Below, piece after piece: positions 1 to 9,663 of a stretch of 64,000 nt of DNA. Every line of letters begins with the position of its first letter. The first letter of the stretch is position 1. The translations under genes were made by a program, and so were the position numbers. Origin of the DNA: an uncultured delta proteobacterium (GTDB taxonomy: Bacteria > Myxococcota_A > Polyangia > Fen-1088); contig CAVYGB010000008.1 in the NCBI GenBank assembly GCA_963767925.1, forward strand, positions 1 through 64,000. Reading direction: 5' to 3'. Below the pieces are notes generated by a model. That model did not search any database. It was given only the letters and a program-made list of their open reading frames with translations, and had not been told where the DNA came from.

Positions 1-80
1 CCACACGATTTTCTCGTGATGATCTCCGACCCGGACCTACCTTGCGTGAGCACGCCGATTCACACCAAGGAGGCCTTCGA

Positions 81-755
81 ATGTCGTTGCTCGAGAAGAC
101 TGAGTTTGCGGACAACCCCGATCAGCGCTGTCCCTGCGTCCTGGTGCTCGACACTTCGCAGTCGATGCAGGGCGAGCGGATCGACGAGCTGAACGCCGGG
201 CTCCGGGTGTTCCAGGAGTCCATCGCCGCCGACTCCACCGCCCTGCGCCGGGTGGAGGTCGCCATCGTCACCTTCGATAGCGCGGTCAAGGTGGTCCAGG
301 ACTTCACCACCGTCGACAAGTTCGATCCGCCGACCCTCACCGCCCAGAACCTCACCTGCATGGGGGCCGGCATCCAGCAGGGCCTCGATCTCATCGAGGC
401 CCGCAAGGAGACCTACCGGAGCAACGGCGTCCCCTACTACCGTCCCTGGCTGTTCGTGATCACCGACGGGGAGCCGCAGGGGGAATCAGCCGACGTCATC
501 GAGGAGACCAAACGCCGCCTGCGCGACGCCGCCAGCGACAAGCGGGTCACCGTCTACGCGGTGGGCGTGGGGGACCAGGCCAACCTGGCCAAGCTGGAGG
601 ACCTCACCGGCACCAAGGCGATGCAGCTCAAGGGGCTGAGCTTCAAGGAGCTCTTCCAGTGGCTGTCGGCCAGCATGTCCCGGGTCTCGAAGTCGGCGGA
701 GGGGGCCCAGGTGGCGCTCCCCCCCACCAACAACTTCCTTGAAGTCGAAGCCTAA
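81..755 (+). CDS. terY: TerY/YegL-like vWA domain protein (first gene of TerY-P triad)
   Basis: MIDAS-type LDTSQSM, YYRPWLFVITDGEP and FQWLSASM motifs; AAGGAGG RBS at 68-74 supports ATG 81 over the track start at 42. Confidence 0.88.
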   Translation: MSLLEKTEFADNPDQRCPCVLVLDTSQSMQGERIDELNAGLRVFQESIAADSTALRRVEVAIVTFDSAVKVVQDFTTVDKFDPPTLTAQNLTCMGAGIQQGLDLIEARKETYRSNGVPYYRPWLFVITDGEPQGESADVIEETKRRLRDAASDKRVTVYAVGVGDQANLAKLEDLTGTKAMQLKGLSFKELFQWLSASMSRVSKSAEGAQVALPPTNNFLEVEA

Positions 756-1535
756 GTGCACCTGGCGAACAGCGGGTGGCTGGCGGCGGGCGCCTCGGTG
801 CGGGGGGTCAGCCACGAACGTGCTGGCCTCCCCGGCCAGGACGCCCACGACCTGCGCACCGTCACCATCGGCGGCTGGCTGGTGGCGGCGGTGGCCGACG
901 GGGCCGGCTCGGCCCCGCTGGCCGAGGTGGGCGCGCCCATTGCGGCCCGGGAGGCGGCCGCGCGGGCGCTCACCCTCCTCGGCGCCGGGGTGCCCGGCGA
1001 CGACCAGGGCTGGCAGGACTTCGGCCGGGCGGTGCTGGACCACGCCCGCCGGGCGGTGGAGGCGGAGGCCAGCAGCCGCAAGGTCCGCAGCCGGGACCTG
1101 GCCAGCACGCTGATCGTCACCGTGACTGGCCGCGACCTGGTGGTGGCCGCCCAGATCGGCGACGGGGCCTCGGTCTGCGAATACAGCGACGGGGAGGTGG
1201 CCTCCCTGACCCGTCCGCCCCGCGGGGAATACGTGAACGAGACCACCTTCCTGGTATCGCCCGGGGCCATGGAGACTGCGCAGACCGTGGTCCAGCACAA
1301 GACGGTGCGGCGGCTGGCCCTCTTTTCAGACGGGCTGCAGCTCCTGGCCCTGCGCCTGGCCGATGGATTGGCCCACCTCCCGTTCTTCCAGCCCGTGTTC
1401 GACTTCATCGCCCAGGCCAGCGACCCGGCCCGGGCCGAGGGTGAGCTGGAGACGTTCCTCCGTTCCCCACGCATCCGGGACCGGGCCGACGACGACCTGA
1501 CCCTGGTCCTGGCCGCCCGGCGGGTCGACGGATGA
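756..1535 (+). CDS. PP2C-like protein phosphatase (YegK-like)
   Basis: SVRGVSH..QDA, VADGAGSA, IGDG, EYVNETTF, FSDGL and DDDLT motifs; abuts terY. Confidence 0.88.
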   Translation: MHLANSGWLAAGASVRGVSHERAGLPGQDAHDLRTVTIGGWLVAAVADGAGSAPLAEVGAPIAAREAAARALTLLGAGVPGDDQGWQDFGRAVLDHARRAVEAEASSRKVRSRDLASTLIVTVTGRDLVVAAQIGDGASVCEYSDGEVASLTRPPRGEYVNETTFLVSPGAMETAQTVVQHKTVRRLALFSDGLQLLALRLADGLAHLPFFQPVFDFIAQASDPARAEGELETFLRSPRIRDRADDDLTLVLAARRVDG

Positions 1536-2869
1536 AGTCGTTTCGCACCTCCGGTGGCAAGGCCGTGGACATCGACGAGACCGCCGGGCTGGTCCAGAGC
1601 GGCGGCGAGGGCTCGGTCTACCGGATCAAGTCGCGCGCCGCCCGGCTCGCCAAGCTCTACCACCACCCCACCGCCGAGCGGCATCGCAAGCTGGAGGCGA
1701 TGCTCCGGCACCCGCCCGCCGATCCCATGGCGTCCCGCAAACACGTCTCCATCGCCTGGCCCCAGGAGCTGCTGGTGCAAGGCGACCGCGGCGCGGCCTT
1801 TGCCGGGTTCCTCATGCCTCGCATCGACGCCGCCGACACCCTGGCCAACGTGCACCACCCGCTGACCCGCCGGCGCCGCAACCCATCCTTCGACTACCGC
1901 TACCTGATGCGCACCGCCGCCAACCTGGCCATCGCCGCGGACGCCCTGCACCGGCGCGGCTACGTCCTCGGCGACGTGAACGACCAGAACGTGCTGGTCA
2001 ACAGCCAGGCCCTCGTCACCCTCATCGACACCGACTCGATGCAGGTGCGTGATCCAGCGAGCGGGCAGACCTTCCGCTGCGGGGTGGGCCGACCCGAGTT
2101 CACCCCGCCCGAGCTGGCCGGGCGCGATCTCTGCCTGACCGATCGCGGGGTCGAGCACGACATGTTCGGCCTCGGGGTCCTGTTCTTCTACCTGCTGATG
2201 GAAGGCACCCACCCCTTCAACGGCGTTCCCCGGGGCAGCGCCGCCACCAAGGCCTCCAGCCTGGCCGAGCGGATCGCCGCCGGGCTCTTCCCCTTCGCCC
2301 CCGGGGAGACCCGCATCACGGTCCCCCCCAGCGCCCCCCCGTTCGAGCTGCTGAGCCCCGAGCTGCGCACCCTCTTCTTGACCTGCTTCCGGGACGGCCA
2401 CCAGCACCCGGCCATGCGCCCGAGCGCCGCCGCCTGGCACCGGGCGCTGGACGCCGCCTGCGGCCAGCTCACGAGCTGCCGGCGCAACGACCTCCACTGG
2501 TTCCCCGGCCACCTCTCCACCTGCCCCTGGTGCGAGCGGGCCACCGCCTTCGGCGCCGACCCCTTCCCCAGGACGGCAGCCCGCGCCCGCCGGAGCGCGC
2601 CCCGGGGAGCCTCCACCACCACGCCGGCCCCGGCGGCCGCCCGGGGTTCGTCGCCCATCCGGCGGACGGTGGGCCTCCTGGCGGCCGTGGCCGCGTCCCT
2701 CTATCTGGCCAGCAAGGGCTGCCCCGCCACGGACGACGGCCCCCCCGAAAAGCCCGCCCGGTCCAGCGAGGCAGCGCCCCGCACCCGCCCCCCGGGCGCA
2801 GCCAAGGCGACCCGTCCCGCCACCAAGGCGGTCGCCGGCGACCGCCCCGCCCGCAAACGCGACCGCTGA
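1532..2869 (+). CDS. Ser/Thr protein kinase (YegI-like) with CPWC motif and one C-terminal hydrophobic segment
   Basis: GGEGSVY, AKLY, GDVNDQN, LIDTDS, PPE and HPF motifs; ATGA overlap with the phosphatase stop. Confidence 0.88.
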   Translation: MKSFRTSGGKAVDIDETAGLVQSGGEGSVYRIKSRAARLAKLYHHPTAERHRKLEAMLRHPPADPMASRKHVSIAWPQELLVQGDRGAAFAGFLMPRIDAADTLANVHHPLTRRRRNPSFDYRYLMRTAANLAIAADALHRRGYVLGDVNDQNVLVNSQALVTLIDTDSMQVRDPASGQTFRCGVGRPEFTPPELAGRDLCLTDRGVEHDMFGLGVLFFYLLMEGTHPFNGVPRGSAATKASSLAERIAAGLFPFAPGETRITVPPSAPPFELLSPELRTLFLTCFRDGHQHPAMRPSAAAWHRALDAACGQLTSCRRNDLHWFPGHLSTCPWCERATAFGADPFPRTAARARRSAPRGASTTTPAPAAARGSSPIRRTVGLLAAVAASLYLASKGCPATDDGPPEKPARSSEAAPRTRPPGAAKATRPATKAVAGDRPARKRDR

Positions 2870-2947
2870 CGCTTCGTTGCAGCCGACCACGTGCGACGCC
2901 GGACCATGCGGTCCGTGCCGCCCTGACCAAAGGACGGGCGGAGGATT

Positions 2948-5218
2948 CTAGTTGGCGCCGGTGGGCGGCCGCAGGGTGATGGTGCGGGGCTCGGCTTGGC
3001 CGATGGTCAGGCCGGTGGCCCAGCGCTCGTCGGAGTTTTCGTCCACGGCGACGAAGACGTCGTAGGAGTCGGGGGCGAGGCCGGCTAGTTCGAAGGTTCC
3101 GTCGGCGGCGGTGTGGCCTTCGCGCCACCCGCCTCGGGCGCCCCGCGCGAGCACCCTGACGAAGGGCAGGGGCTGGGATCGCTCATCGACCACCCGACCG
3201 TGCAGGCGCCTCCCGCGCTGCAGCTGGATGGGCAGATCAATCTGTCCCTGGGCGGGCACCTGGGTAGACCAGGGCACCAGATCCGGGCTCTCCACCCGCA
3301 CGCTGTGGACGAGCAGCTCCAGGTCGTCGAGCTGGAACCTCCCGTCGGGATCGGTGGTGGCCGAGCGGCGTTCGGTCGGGCTGGACACCACGACCAGCGT
3401 GTCCACCAGGGCGCGTCCGTCGGGACCGGTCACGGTCCCGGTGATCCGGACGCCGACGGGCGCGACCTCCAGATCGATCTGCCGGCTCGAGCTCCCCGGG
3501 TCGATATCTGGAAAGCGGCTCTGGGAGTGCGCGCGCCGCCAGGTCTCCAGGGTGATGGTTCGGTGAGCCGCCCGCAACATCAACGGACCCGGCCGGCACC
3601 CATCGAATGCATACCCGCCGGCGGTGTCGGACCGGGTCTGTTGCCAGTCGAGACCGCGGCAGAAGATGTGCACGGCAGCGCCGGGGACGATCTGACCGTC
3701 GGGGGACCGCACGCGGCCATGGACGCGGACTCCGGTCCGCGGGGCCAGCTCGAGACGCACGCGCGATGCGGATGCTCCCTCGACGCTCGTCCATGCTTCG
3801 CCTTCGCCGTGCACGTCGTGTCGGGCCACCACACGCCAGTGACCCTGGGGGATCTGATCCAGCACCACCCGCCCATCCGGTCCGGAGGTGGCGCCCGGTG
3901 AAACCGGCTCCGATCGGACGCGGACCTCGGCAGCGGGAATCGGCCGGCCCCCGGCCAGAACCTCGACCTCGACCCTTCCGGTGTCGGGCAGCTCGATGCG
4001 CACGCCTTTCAAGCTGGCGCCGCGCCGGACGACGATCCGGGCCGACGCGATGGTATAGCTCCGCCCGCGGATGCGTCCGCTTCCGAGGACCAGCAGCCAG
4101 CCATGTTCGGGCATGGCCTGTCGGAGTGAGAAGCCGCCCTGGTCATCGGTCCGAGCCGACTCGACCCCCGCATCGCAGGTCTCCGGCTCGACCGCCAGAC
4201 AGACCGTGGCCCCCGACCCCGGCCGACCCGAAGGCGTCACGGCCCGTCCGCTGACCTCAATCCCTGGATCGGCGAACATCTTCACCTCGACTCGACCGAG
4301 TGGTGGCAGCTCGACCGATCGGCCCAGGCTGGCGACGGTCCCCTCACTCCGGGCGACCAGCTCGTACCGTCCCGGCGCCAGGGGAGACAGAGAGAACTTC
4401 CCCTCGCTGCCAGTGACGGCAAACGCCCGTGTGGTCGCCGTGCGTTCCAGCCGGGCCGAGACCGTCGCGCGCGCGACCGGGCGCTCGGTCCCGCGCTCGA
4501 CCAGGATCCCCTCGATTTGTCCGCCCGGCGTCAAGAACACGTCCGCCCCGCTCTGGCCCATGTTTGCTTCGATCACGCGGCTCGCGTAGCCCGGGCTGTC
4601 GAAGCGGATGGCGTGTCTACCGGGTGGCAGCGGCGCCTGGTAGCGACCGTCCGCCTCCGAGATGGTCAAGGGCAGCGCGCCCTCCTCACCCGGAAAGCCC
4701 GAGAGCTCGCGCGACACGAGCACCCCTGCCACGGGCCCGCCATTGATGTCCCTGACTCGGCCGCTGATGCCGGCGGCGGCTGGCTCCAGCCTGATCAGCA
4801 ACGGCTCGACCGGCGCGCTCAGATCCACCTCCACCCGAGCCGGCTGAAACCCAGGCGCCGTGGCGAAGACGTCGTACACCGCCGGTGACAGCTCCTTGCT
4901 GCGAAACCGGCCCGCCCGATCCACCGCCACTCGGTCGGCGACATCGAAGAGAGGTGTTCCCCTGGCGTTGCGCAAGACCAGCACGAGGGTGTCGGGGACG
5001 CCGTCCCCCCGCTCGCCGACAACGGTCCCGCTCACCACCCCTCCGCCCGGCTCGGCCAACCTTGGCACCTCAGGCACCGGACTGCCCACGCTCTCATGGA
5101 CCGGCGGAGCCACACCCTGCCCGGGCCGGCCCAAGCTGCTGAGAAAAAAGGCGGCCACCGCGATCGAGATCGCGGCGCCGCCCATCCAGGCGAACCACCG
5201 TCTAGGCCGAGGTTTCAC
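2948..5218 (-). CDS. Membrane-anchored/exported protein with tandem carboxypeptidase-regulatory-like (CnaB-type) beta-sandwich repeats
   Basis: N-terminal hydrophobic segment; repeated 'ISGRV..G.PV.GA.V...T..DG.F.L..L.PG.Y' units. Confidence 0.75.
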   Translation of the reverse strand: MKPRPRRWFAWMGGAAISIAVAAFFLSSLGRPGQGVAPPVHESVGSPVPEVPRLAEPGGGVVSGTVVGERGDGVPDTLVLVLRNARGTPLFDVADRVAVDRAGRFRSKELSPAVYDVFATAPGFQPARVEVDLSAPVEPLLIRLEPAAAGISGRVRDINGGPVAGVLVSRELSGFPGEEGALPLTISEADGRYQAPLPPGRHAIRFDSPGYASRVIEANMGQSGADVFLTPGGQIEGILVERGTERPVARATVSARLERTATTRAFAVTGSEGKFSLSPLAPGRYELVARSEGTVASLGRSVELPPLGRVEVKMFADPGIEVSGRAVTPSGRPGSGATVCLAVEPETCDAGVESARTDDQGGFSLRQAMPEHGWLLVLGSGRIRGRSYTIASARIVVRRGASLKGVRIELPDTGRVEVEVLAGGRPIPAAEVRVRSEPVSPGATSGPDGRVVLDQIPQGHWRVVARHDVHGEGEAWTSVEGASASRVRLELAPRTGVRVHGRVRSPDGQIVPGAAVHIFCRGLDWQQTRSDTAGGYAFDGCRPGPLMLRAAHRTITLETWRRAHSQSRFPDIDPGSSSRQIDLEVAPVGVRITGTVTGPDGRALVDTLVVVSSPTERRSATTDPDGRFQLDDLELLVHSVRVESPDLVPWSTQVPAQGQIDLPIQLQRGRRLHGRVVDERSQPLPFVRVLARGARGGWREGHTAADGTFELAGLAPDSYDVFVAVDENSDERWATGLTIGQAEPRTITLRPPTGAN

Positions 5219-5245
5219 CGTTCAGCGCCCGACGGTCGCCGTCGG

Positions 5246-5508
5246 TCATTTGGGCGTGCAGTTGACCACCGTGAACGTCTTCTTGCTGGGCGGCGCCACC
5301 GATCGGTCGGGCGTAGCGGTTGCGCCGGCACAGTCGTTCCAACTCCCTTCGACGTCGTTGGGCAGGATCTCGCCCGAGGTGCACTTGTCCGGATCCTCTG
5401 TCGCCCGACACTCGCTGCCCTTCTGCGTCTCCTTGCCCTGCTCAGCTTTGACCGGTTCCCACTTCCGGCAGCAGTATCCCTTCTTCAGGATCTTCGGAGG
5501 ATTCTTCT
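5246..5508 (-). pseudogene. 3' remnant of a Cys/Lys-rich gene truncated by the IS left end
   Basis: Reading frame (KNPPKILKKGYCCRKW...NCTPK*) runs into the IS inverted repeat at 5509; the track's start codon (5539) lies inside the IS. Confidence 0.6.
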
Positions 5509-7124
5509 GGGTGTAGATCTCATATTTACATGAAATCATTCAGTAATTTGGCGTACGACGTCTCGCCCGGTGACAAAATGCCCGCCCGAGCGTGGGCGTA
5601 GTTGATGGGGCAGAGCCTGCCGGAGTACTTCGAGGTTGCTCAACAACAAAGCCCTCGGAGGATGCCCCAATGGCAGGTTCTCAAATCTCGGCCTCGGTCG
5701 CAAAGTCCCAATCAGCCCTGGAAGCCCTGCTGGAGTTCGTCGAGGAGCGGCGGCACGCCCGCGGTCCGGTGATGGACCTGGAGGAGTTCGAGCGCCAGGC
5801 GCGGCGGCGCTTCATGGCCGCCGAGGCCGAGTTCGTTGGCGAGGAACTGGCCCGCTTCGACGTCAACGTTCCGGTGGTCCAGATCGACGGCGTTGCGCAC
5901 CGGCAGGTTCTGCGCTGCACGCAGGCGTACATGACGGCCGCGGGGCCGGTGACCGTCGAGCGCTCGCTGTACTCGACCCGGCAAGACGGCGAACGGGCTG
6001 TCGCCGCGATGGAGCTGCGAGGCGGCGTAGTCGAGGGGTACTTCACGCCCCTGGCCGCGCAGCACGCGGCCTGGGCGGTGGCGCACCTGACACCGCAGGA
6101 AACCGAGACGATGTTCGCGCGGCTGGGCGGCATGAACCCGTCCAAGTCCAGCCTGGATCGGCTGCCCAAGGCGCTGTCTGCCTTCTGGGAAGAAGATCGG
6201 CCCGGGCTCGAGCAGCGCCTGCGCGCCGAGGAAAAGGTGCCCAAGGCGGCCGTAACCGTCGGAGTGTCTCTGGACGGTGTCCTGGTACCGATGAAGGACG
6301 GCCAGCGCCAAGAGAAGCTGGCCCGTACGCGCGCCACGGGGCGCGTGGCCAAGGGGCCGGCAGGGTACAGCGAAGCAAGCTGTGGAACGTTGACCCTGTA
6401 CGACCAGGACGGCGAGCCGCTGAACACCGTGCGCGTCGCTCGTATGCCTGAGAAGGGCAAAGCGACCCTCAAGAAGCAGATCACCGACGAGCTCAAGGCG
6501 ATGCTCGCGGAAAGGCCCGATCTGCGCGTGGTCGCCATCGCCGACGGTGTGCAAGATAACTGGTCGTTCCTTTCCGAATTGCCATGCGGCAGGGCGGACG
6601 CTCAGATTCTGGATTTCTTCCACGCTGCCGAGCATTTGCACGACGCCATGGCGGCAGCCCACGGCGAGGCCAGCGCCAGGTGCGGCGAGGAGTTCCAGAA
6701 ATACCGCCACATCCTCCGCCACGATACCGATGGCGTCGAGCGGGTGATCCGGCACCTGCGCTACCTACGCGACCAGCATCGGCGGCGCAGAAAGATTGCC
6801 AACGCCCTCAACTACTTCAGGCACCACCGCAAGCGCATGCGCTATGCCAGCTTCGCCCGCCGGAAAATGCCCATCGGGTCCGGGATCGTCGAGGCCGCGT
6901 GCAAAACCTTGGTCACCCAACGCCTCAAGCGCTCGGGCATGCGATGGCGCCATGAAGGTGGGCAGGCGATCCTGACCCTGCGTTCTCTCGAGCAAAGCGG
7001 CCGCTTCGACCGCGCCTGGAAAATGCTCGCGGCCAGCTACCGTCACGACATTCAGCTCCCCAAGAACGTCGTCGACATCCGATCACGCCGCTCGAACTGA
7101 TCCGTCACGATGAGACCTACACCC
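5509..7124 (+). mobile_element. Insertion sequence, ISKra4/ISLre2-like (prokaryotic Mutator-type)
   Basis: Terminal inverted repeats GGGTGTAGATCTCAT (5509-5523) and ATGAGACCTACACCC (7110-7124), 14/15 match; one transposase inside; no flanking direct repeat. Confidence 0.85.
5670..7100 (+). CDS. DDE transposase, ISKra4/UPF0236-like
   Basis: SLDG, IADG, LDFFHAAEHL (DxxH) and GSGIVEAACK...RLKRSGMRW motifs; GGAGG upstream of ATG 5670. Confidence 0.88.
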   Translation: MAGSQISASVAKSQSALEALLEFVEERRHARGPVMDLEEFERQARRRFMAAEAEFVGEELARFDVNVPVVQIDGVAHRQVLRCTQAYMTAAGPVTVERSLYSTRQDGERAVAAMELRGGVVEGYFTPLAAQHAAWAVAHLTPQETETMFARLGGMNPSKSSLDRLPKALSAFWEEDRPGLEQRLRAEEKVPKAAVTVGVSLDGVLVPMKDGQRQEKLARTRATGRVAKGPAGYSEASCGTLTLYDQDGEPLNTVRVARMPEKGKATLKKQITDELKAMLAERPDLRVVAIADGVQDNWSFLSELPCGRADAQILDFFHAAEHLHDAMAAAHGEASARCGEEFQKYRHILRHDTDGVERVIRHLRYLRDQHRRRRKIANALNYFRHHRKRMRYASFARRKMPIGSGIVEAACKTLVTQRLKRSGMRWRHEGGQAILTLRSLEQSGRFDRAWKMLAASYRHDIQLPKNVVDIRSRRSN

Positions 7125-7190
7125 AAACCAGATGCGACGGGCGGAGCCGAGCACGCGCACACCGATCTTAAGCAGGCGCAGGCGGAGGGC
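7125..7190 (-). pseudogene. Short fragment resembling the IS1380-family transposase C-terminus
   Basis: Translates ALRLRLLKIGVRVLGSARRIWF, similar to the recalled 'T[IL]RLKLLKIGARV..S.RRI' tail; ends exactly at the IS right end. Confidence 0.5.
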
Positions 7191-7340
7191 GTTGAGCGGC
7201 ACCGAGGTCGCCGCGCGCTGCAGTTGGTCCGCCAGGTAGGCTCGACCACGCGGCAGCTGCTCCACGATGTCGTCCGCCTTGGCGACGAACTCGATTCCCG
7301 CCTGGTACTCGTCCAGCTTCTCGTGATCGAAATGGCCCAT
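7191..7340 (-). pseudogene. Truncated four-helix-bundle protein (23S rRNA IVP / bAvd-like family)
   Basis: FDHEKLD.YQ...LPRGRAYLADQLQRAATSVPLN; breaks off just before the expected IAEG motif. Confidence 0.75.
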
Positions 7341-7372
7341 TCCCTGTTTTCGGCCAGCGCCTTCTCAGGTTG

Positions 7373-7417
7373 CGGGTACGGGCCACGGGTCCGGGAACGG
7401 GAACGGGAACGGGAACG
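7373..7417. repeat. Hexamer tandem repeat (CGGGNN), including four perfect CGGGAA units
   Basis: cgggta cgggcc a cgggtc (cgggaa)x4 cg read directly. Confidence 0.8.
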
Positions 7418-7511
7418 ATCGGGGCCAGACACCCTGTTCGCGGCGTCTCGACGGCGGCGCCCCGCTGGTGAATAATCCCGGCTAGCGGGGATCGCCAGGC
7501 CTAATCGCGGA

Positions 7512-8885
7512 TCATTCGGCGGTCCTCAAGGAGCGGAAGGCGGCGCGGAGCTCGGCGGAGAACACGTCTGGGTGCTCCCAGGCGGCGAAGTGGCCGCCGC
7601 GGTCGGCTTCGTTGAAGTAGATCAGCTTCCGGTAGGCGCGCCGGGCCCAGGTCTCGGGGGCGCGGTAGACCTCTTGCGGGAAGATGGTGACGGCCACCGG
7701 GACCGAGATCTTGTCGGTCTCTTGCGCGCCCGCGCTGATGAGATCCCGTCCGGAGTTTTCCCAGTACAGCCGCGCCGCCGAGGACGAGCTGTTCGTCAGC
7801 CAGTACAGCGTGAGGTCGTCCAGGACGTCGTCCACGGTCGGCGACTGCTCGGGATCTTTGCCGTACGACCACTCCGCGAAGCCCGGATGCACGAGCATCC
7901 ACCCGGCCAGGCCGGCGGGGGAGTCCGTCAGCCCGTAGCCCACGGCTTGCGGGCGCGCGCCCATCATCTTCACGTAGGCCAGGCCCCCGCTCTGACCGAA
8001 GGTCTTCAGGGCCTCGACGACCGCGCGTTCCTGCTCCGTGATTCCGGGAGGCAGGGGGCCGCCGCCCAGCGCGGGACGCACGTCATCTGGCAGGGTCGCC
8101 GGCAAGTTGGTGTGGATCCCGAGCAGTCCGGCCGGCGCCAGCCGTCCCATGGCCTGGACGATGCCCGCTCCCCAATCTCCCCCCTGCGCCACGTAGCGCG
8201 CGTATCCCAGGCGCTTCATGAGCACGCCCCAGGCACGCCCGATGCGCTCGGAGCCCCACCCGGCCTCGGTCGGCCGGGACGAGAAGCCGTAGCCCGGCAG
8301 GGACGGGATCACCACGTCGAAGGCGTCCTCCGCGCGACCGCCGAACGCCGTCGGGTCGGTCAATGGACGGATGAGCTTGAGCTGCTCGAAGACGGAGCCC
8401 GGCCATCCGTGTGAGATGATCAGCGGCAGCGCATCCGCGTGGGGCGACTTGACATGAATGAAGTGGAGGTCGACGCCGTCGATCCTCGTCTTGAACTGCG
8501 GGAAGTCGTTCAACTTCGCCTCGCCCTTGCGCCAGTCGTAGTCGCTGCCCCAGTGGCGCACGAGCTGCTCGAGCTCCGCGAGCTGGGGGCCCTGTCCCCG
8601 ATCTGTGACCGTCTCCTGGTCGGGCCAGCGGGTCGCCGCGAGGCGCCTGCGAAGGTCGACGAGCTCGGCGTCGGGGACGTTCGCGCGGAACGGGACCACG
8701 GCGGAGCCCTTGTCTTCAGGCGTGGCGCCGTTGGTGCACGCCGCCCCGACGGAGACCGTCCCGAGCAGGGCGAGTCCCAGGAGGCTCGCGGACGTCGACG
8801 AGAGCGCCGGCGCCCCCCTCGCAGCAGAGACGATGCGGTTCCCTCGTGAAAAGATCCGGTCAATGGGTCGTTCGATTGGCTTCAT
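7512..8885 (-). CDS. Epoxide hydrolase (alpha/beta hydrolase with EHN N-domain), probable lipoprotein; paralog 1
   Basis: HGWPGS, QGGDWG nucleophile and GGHFAAWE motifs; lipobox-like VGAAC; GAGGAG RBS before ATG 8885. Confidence 0.88.
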   Translation of the reverse strand: MKPIERPIDRIFSRGNRIVSAARGAPALSSTSASLLGLALLGTVSVGAACTNGATPEDKGSAVVPFRANVPDAELVDLRRRLAATRWPDQETVTDRGQGPQLAELEQLVRHWGSDYDWRKGEAKLNDFPQFKTRIDGVDLHFIHVKSPHADALPLIISHGWPGSVFEQLKLIRPLTDPTAFGGRAEDAFDVVIPSLPGYGFSSRPTEAGWGSERIGRAWGVLMKRLGYARYVAQGGDWGAGIVQAMGRLAPAGLLGIHTNLPATLPDDVRPALGGGPLPPGITEQERAVVEALKTFGQSGGLAYVKMMGARPQAVGYGLTDSPAGLAGWMLVHPGFAEWSYGKDPEQSPTVDDVLDDLTLYWLTNSSSSAARLYWENSGRDLISAGAQETDKISVPVAVTIFPQEVYRAPETWARRAYRKLIYFNEADRGGHFAAWEHPDVFSAELRAAFRSLRTAE

Positions 8886-8955
8886 GCTGTTCTCCTCGAG
8901 GGCATGAAGCCCGATGCGTGAGGTGGGATCCATGAGACGAAGGTGTCGCCCTCGC

Positions 8956-9663
8956 CTAAGCTGGTGTCGACGTTCGGCGAACGCGCTCCGCGTGGAGCGT
9001 GGCTTCGGCGGCCGCCTCCTCGCAGGTCCTCCCCCGCGCGCGCGCAACGACGTAGGGGGCGTACCACTCCGCCCAGGGGTGCTTCGGGGCGGTCGGTTCG
9101 TATTCGCCATGTCGCTTCTCTGCCTCTCGCAGAAGCTCCGTCAGCGTGGCGGCGTCCAGACTCAGTCCTCGTCCAGGGAGCCGCGTCTTGACCTCCTGGA
9201 GCAACCAGCCGTTGCCATCCGGATCAGCGAATGAGACGTAGGAGCGATAGGAGCGACCCTGCGGATCCCCGCCCGGCAGGCGTCCCCTCGTTCCGGCGAC
9301 ACGGAGGAGGCCGTCGAAGTGGAACACCTCGCTCGCCTCGACGCCGTACCCGATGAGCTCGTCGCGCGCTGCCTCGAGGTCGGAGACGACGAGGAACAGT
9401 CCCTGAGCCGAGCCCGGCGTGGCCGTCGTGATCCCCCTGCCGAACATGATCGAGCAGGCCGAGCCTGGGGGGGTAAGCTGCACGACCCGCCAGTCGTCAC
9501 CGCTGCTGAAATCAGCGTCCAGTCGCCACTGTAAACCTTCGTAGAAGCGCCTCGAGCGGTCGACGTCGGAGACAGGAATGACGACGACCTCGAGCTTCGA
9601 GTCGACGATCCCCTGGCTCGGGGCCTCCGCCGCGTGTTCGCTGATCGCGTGCACATTGCTCAT
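8956..9663 (-). CDS. VOC/glyoxalase family protein with C-terminal extension
   Basis: KLEVVVIPVSDVDRS..FY, VQLTPPGS and FADPDGNGWLLQE motifs. Confidence 0.85.
   Translation of the reverse strand: MSNVHAISEHAAEAPSQGIVDSKLEVVVIPVSDVDRSRRFYEGLQWRLDADFSSGDDWRVVQLTPPGSACSIMFGRGITTATPGSAQGLFLVVSDLEAARDELIGYGVEASEVFHFDGLLRVAGTRGRLPGGDPQGRSYRSYVSFADPDGNGWLLQEVKTRLPGRGLSLDAATLTELLREAEKRHGEYEPTAPKHPWAEWYAPYVVARARGRTCEEAAAEATLHAERVRRTSTPA

Noticed and set aside
7191..7340. Four-helix-bundle gene as the avd of a diversity-generating retroelement
   Set aside because: No reverse transcriptase and no template/variable repeat pair in the window; the gene is truncated
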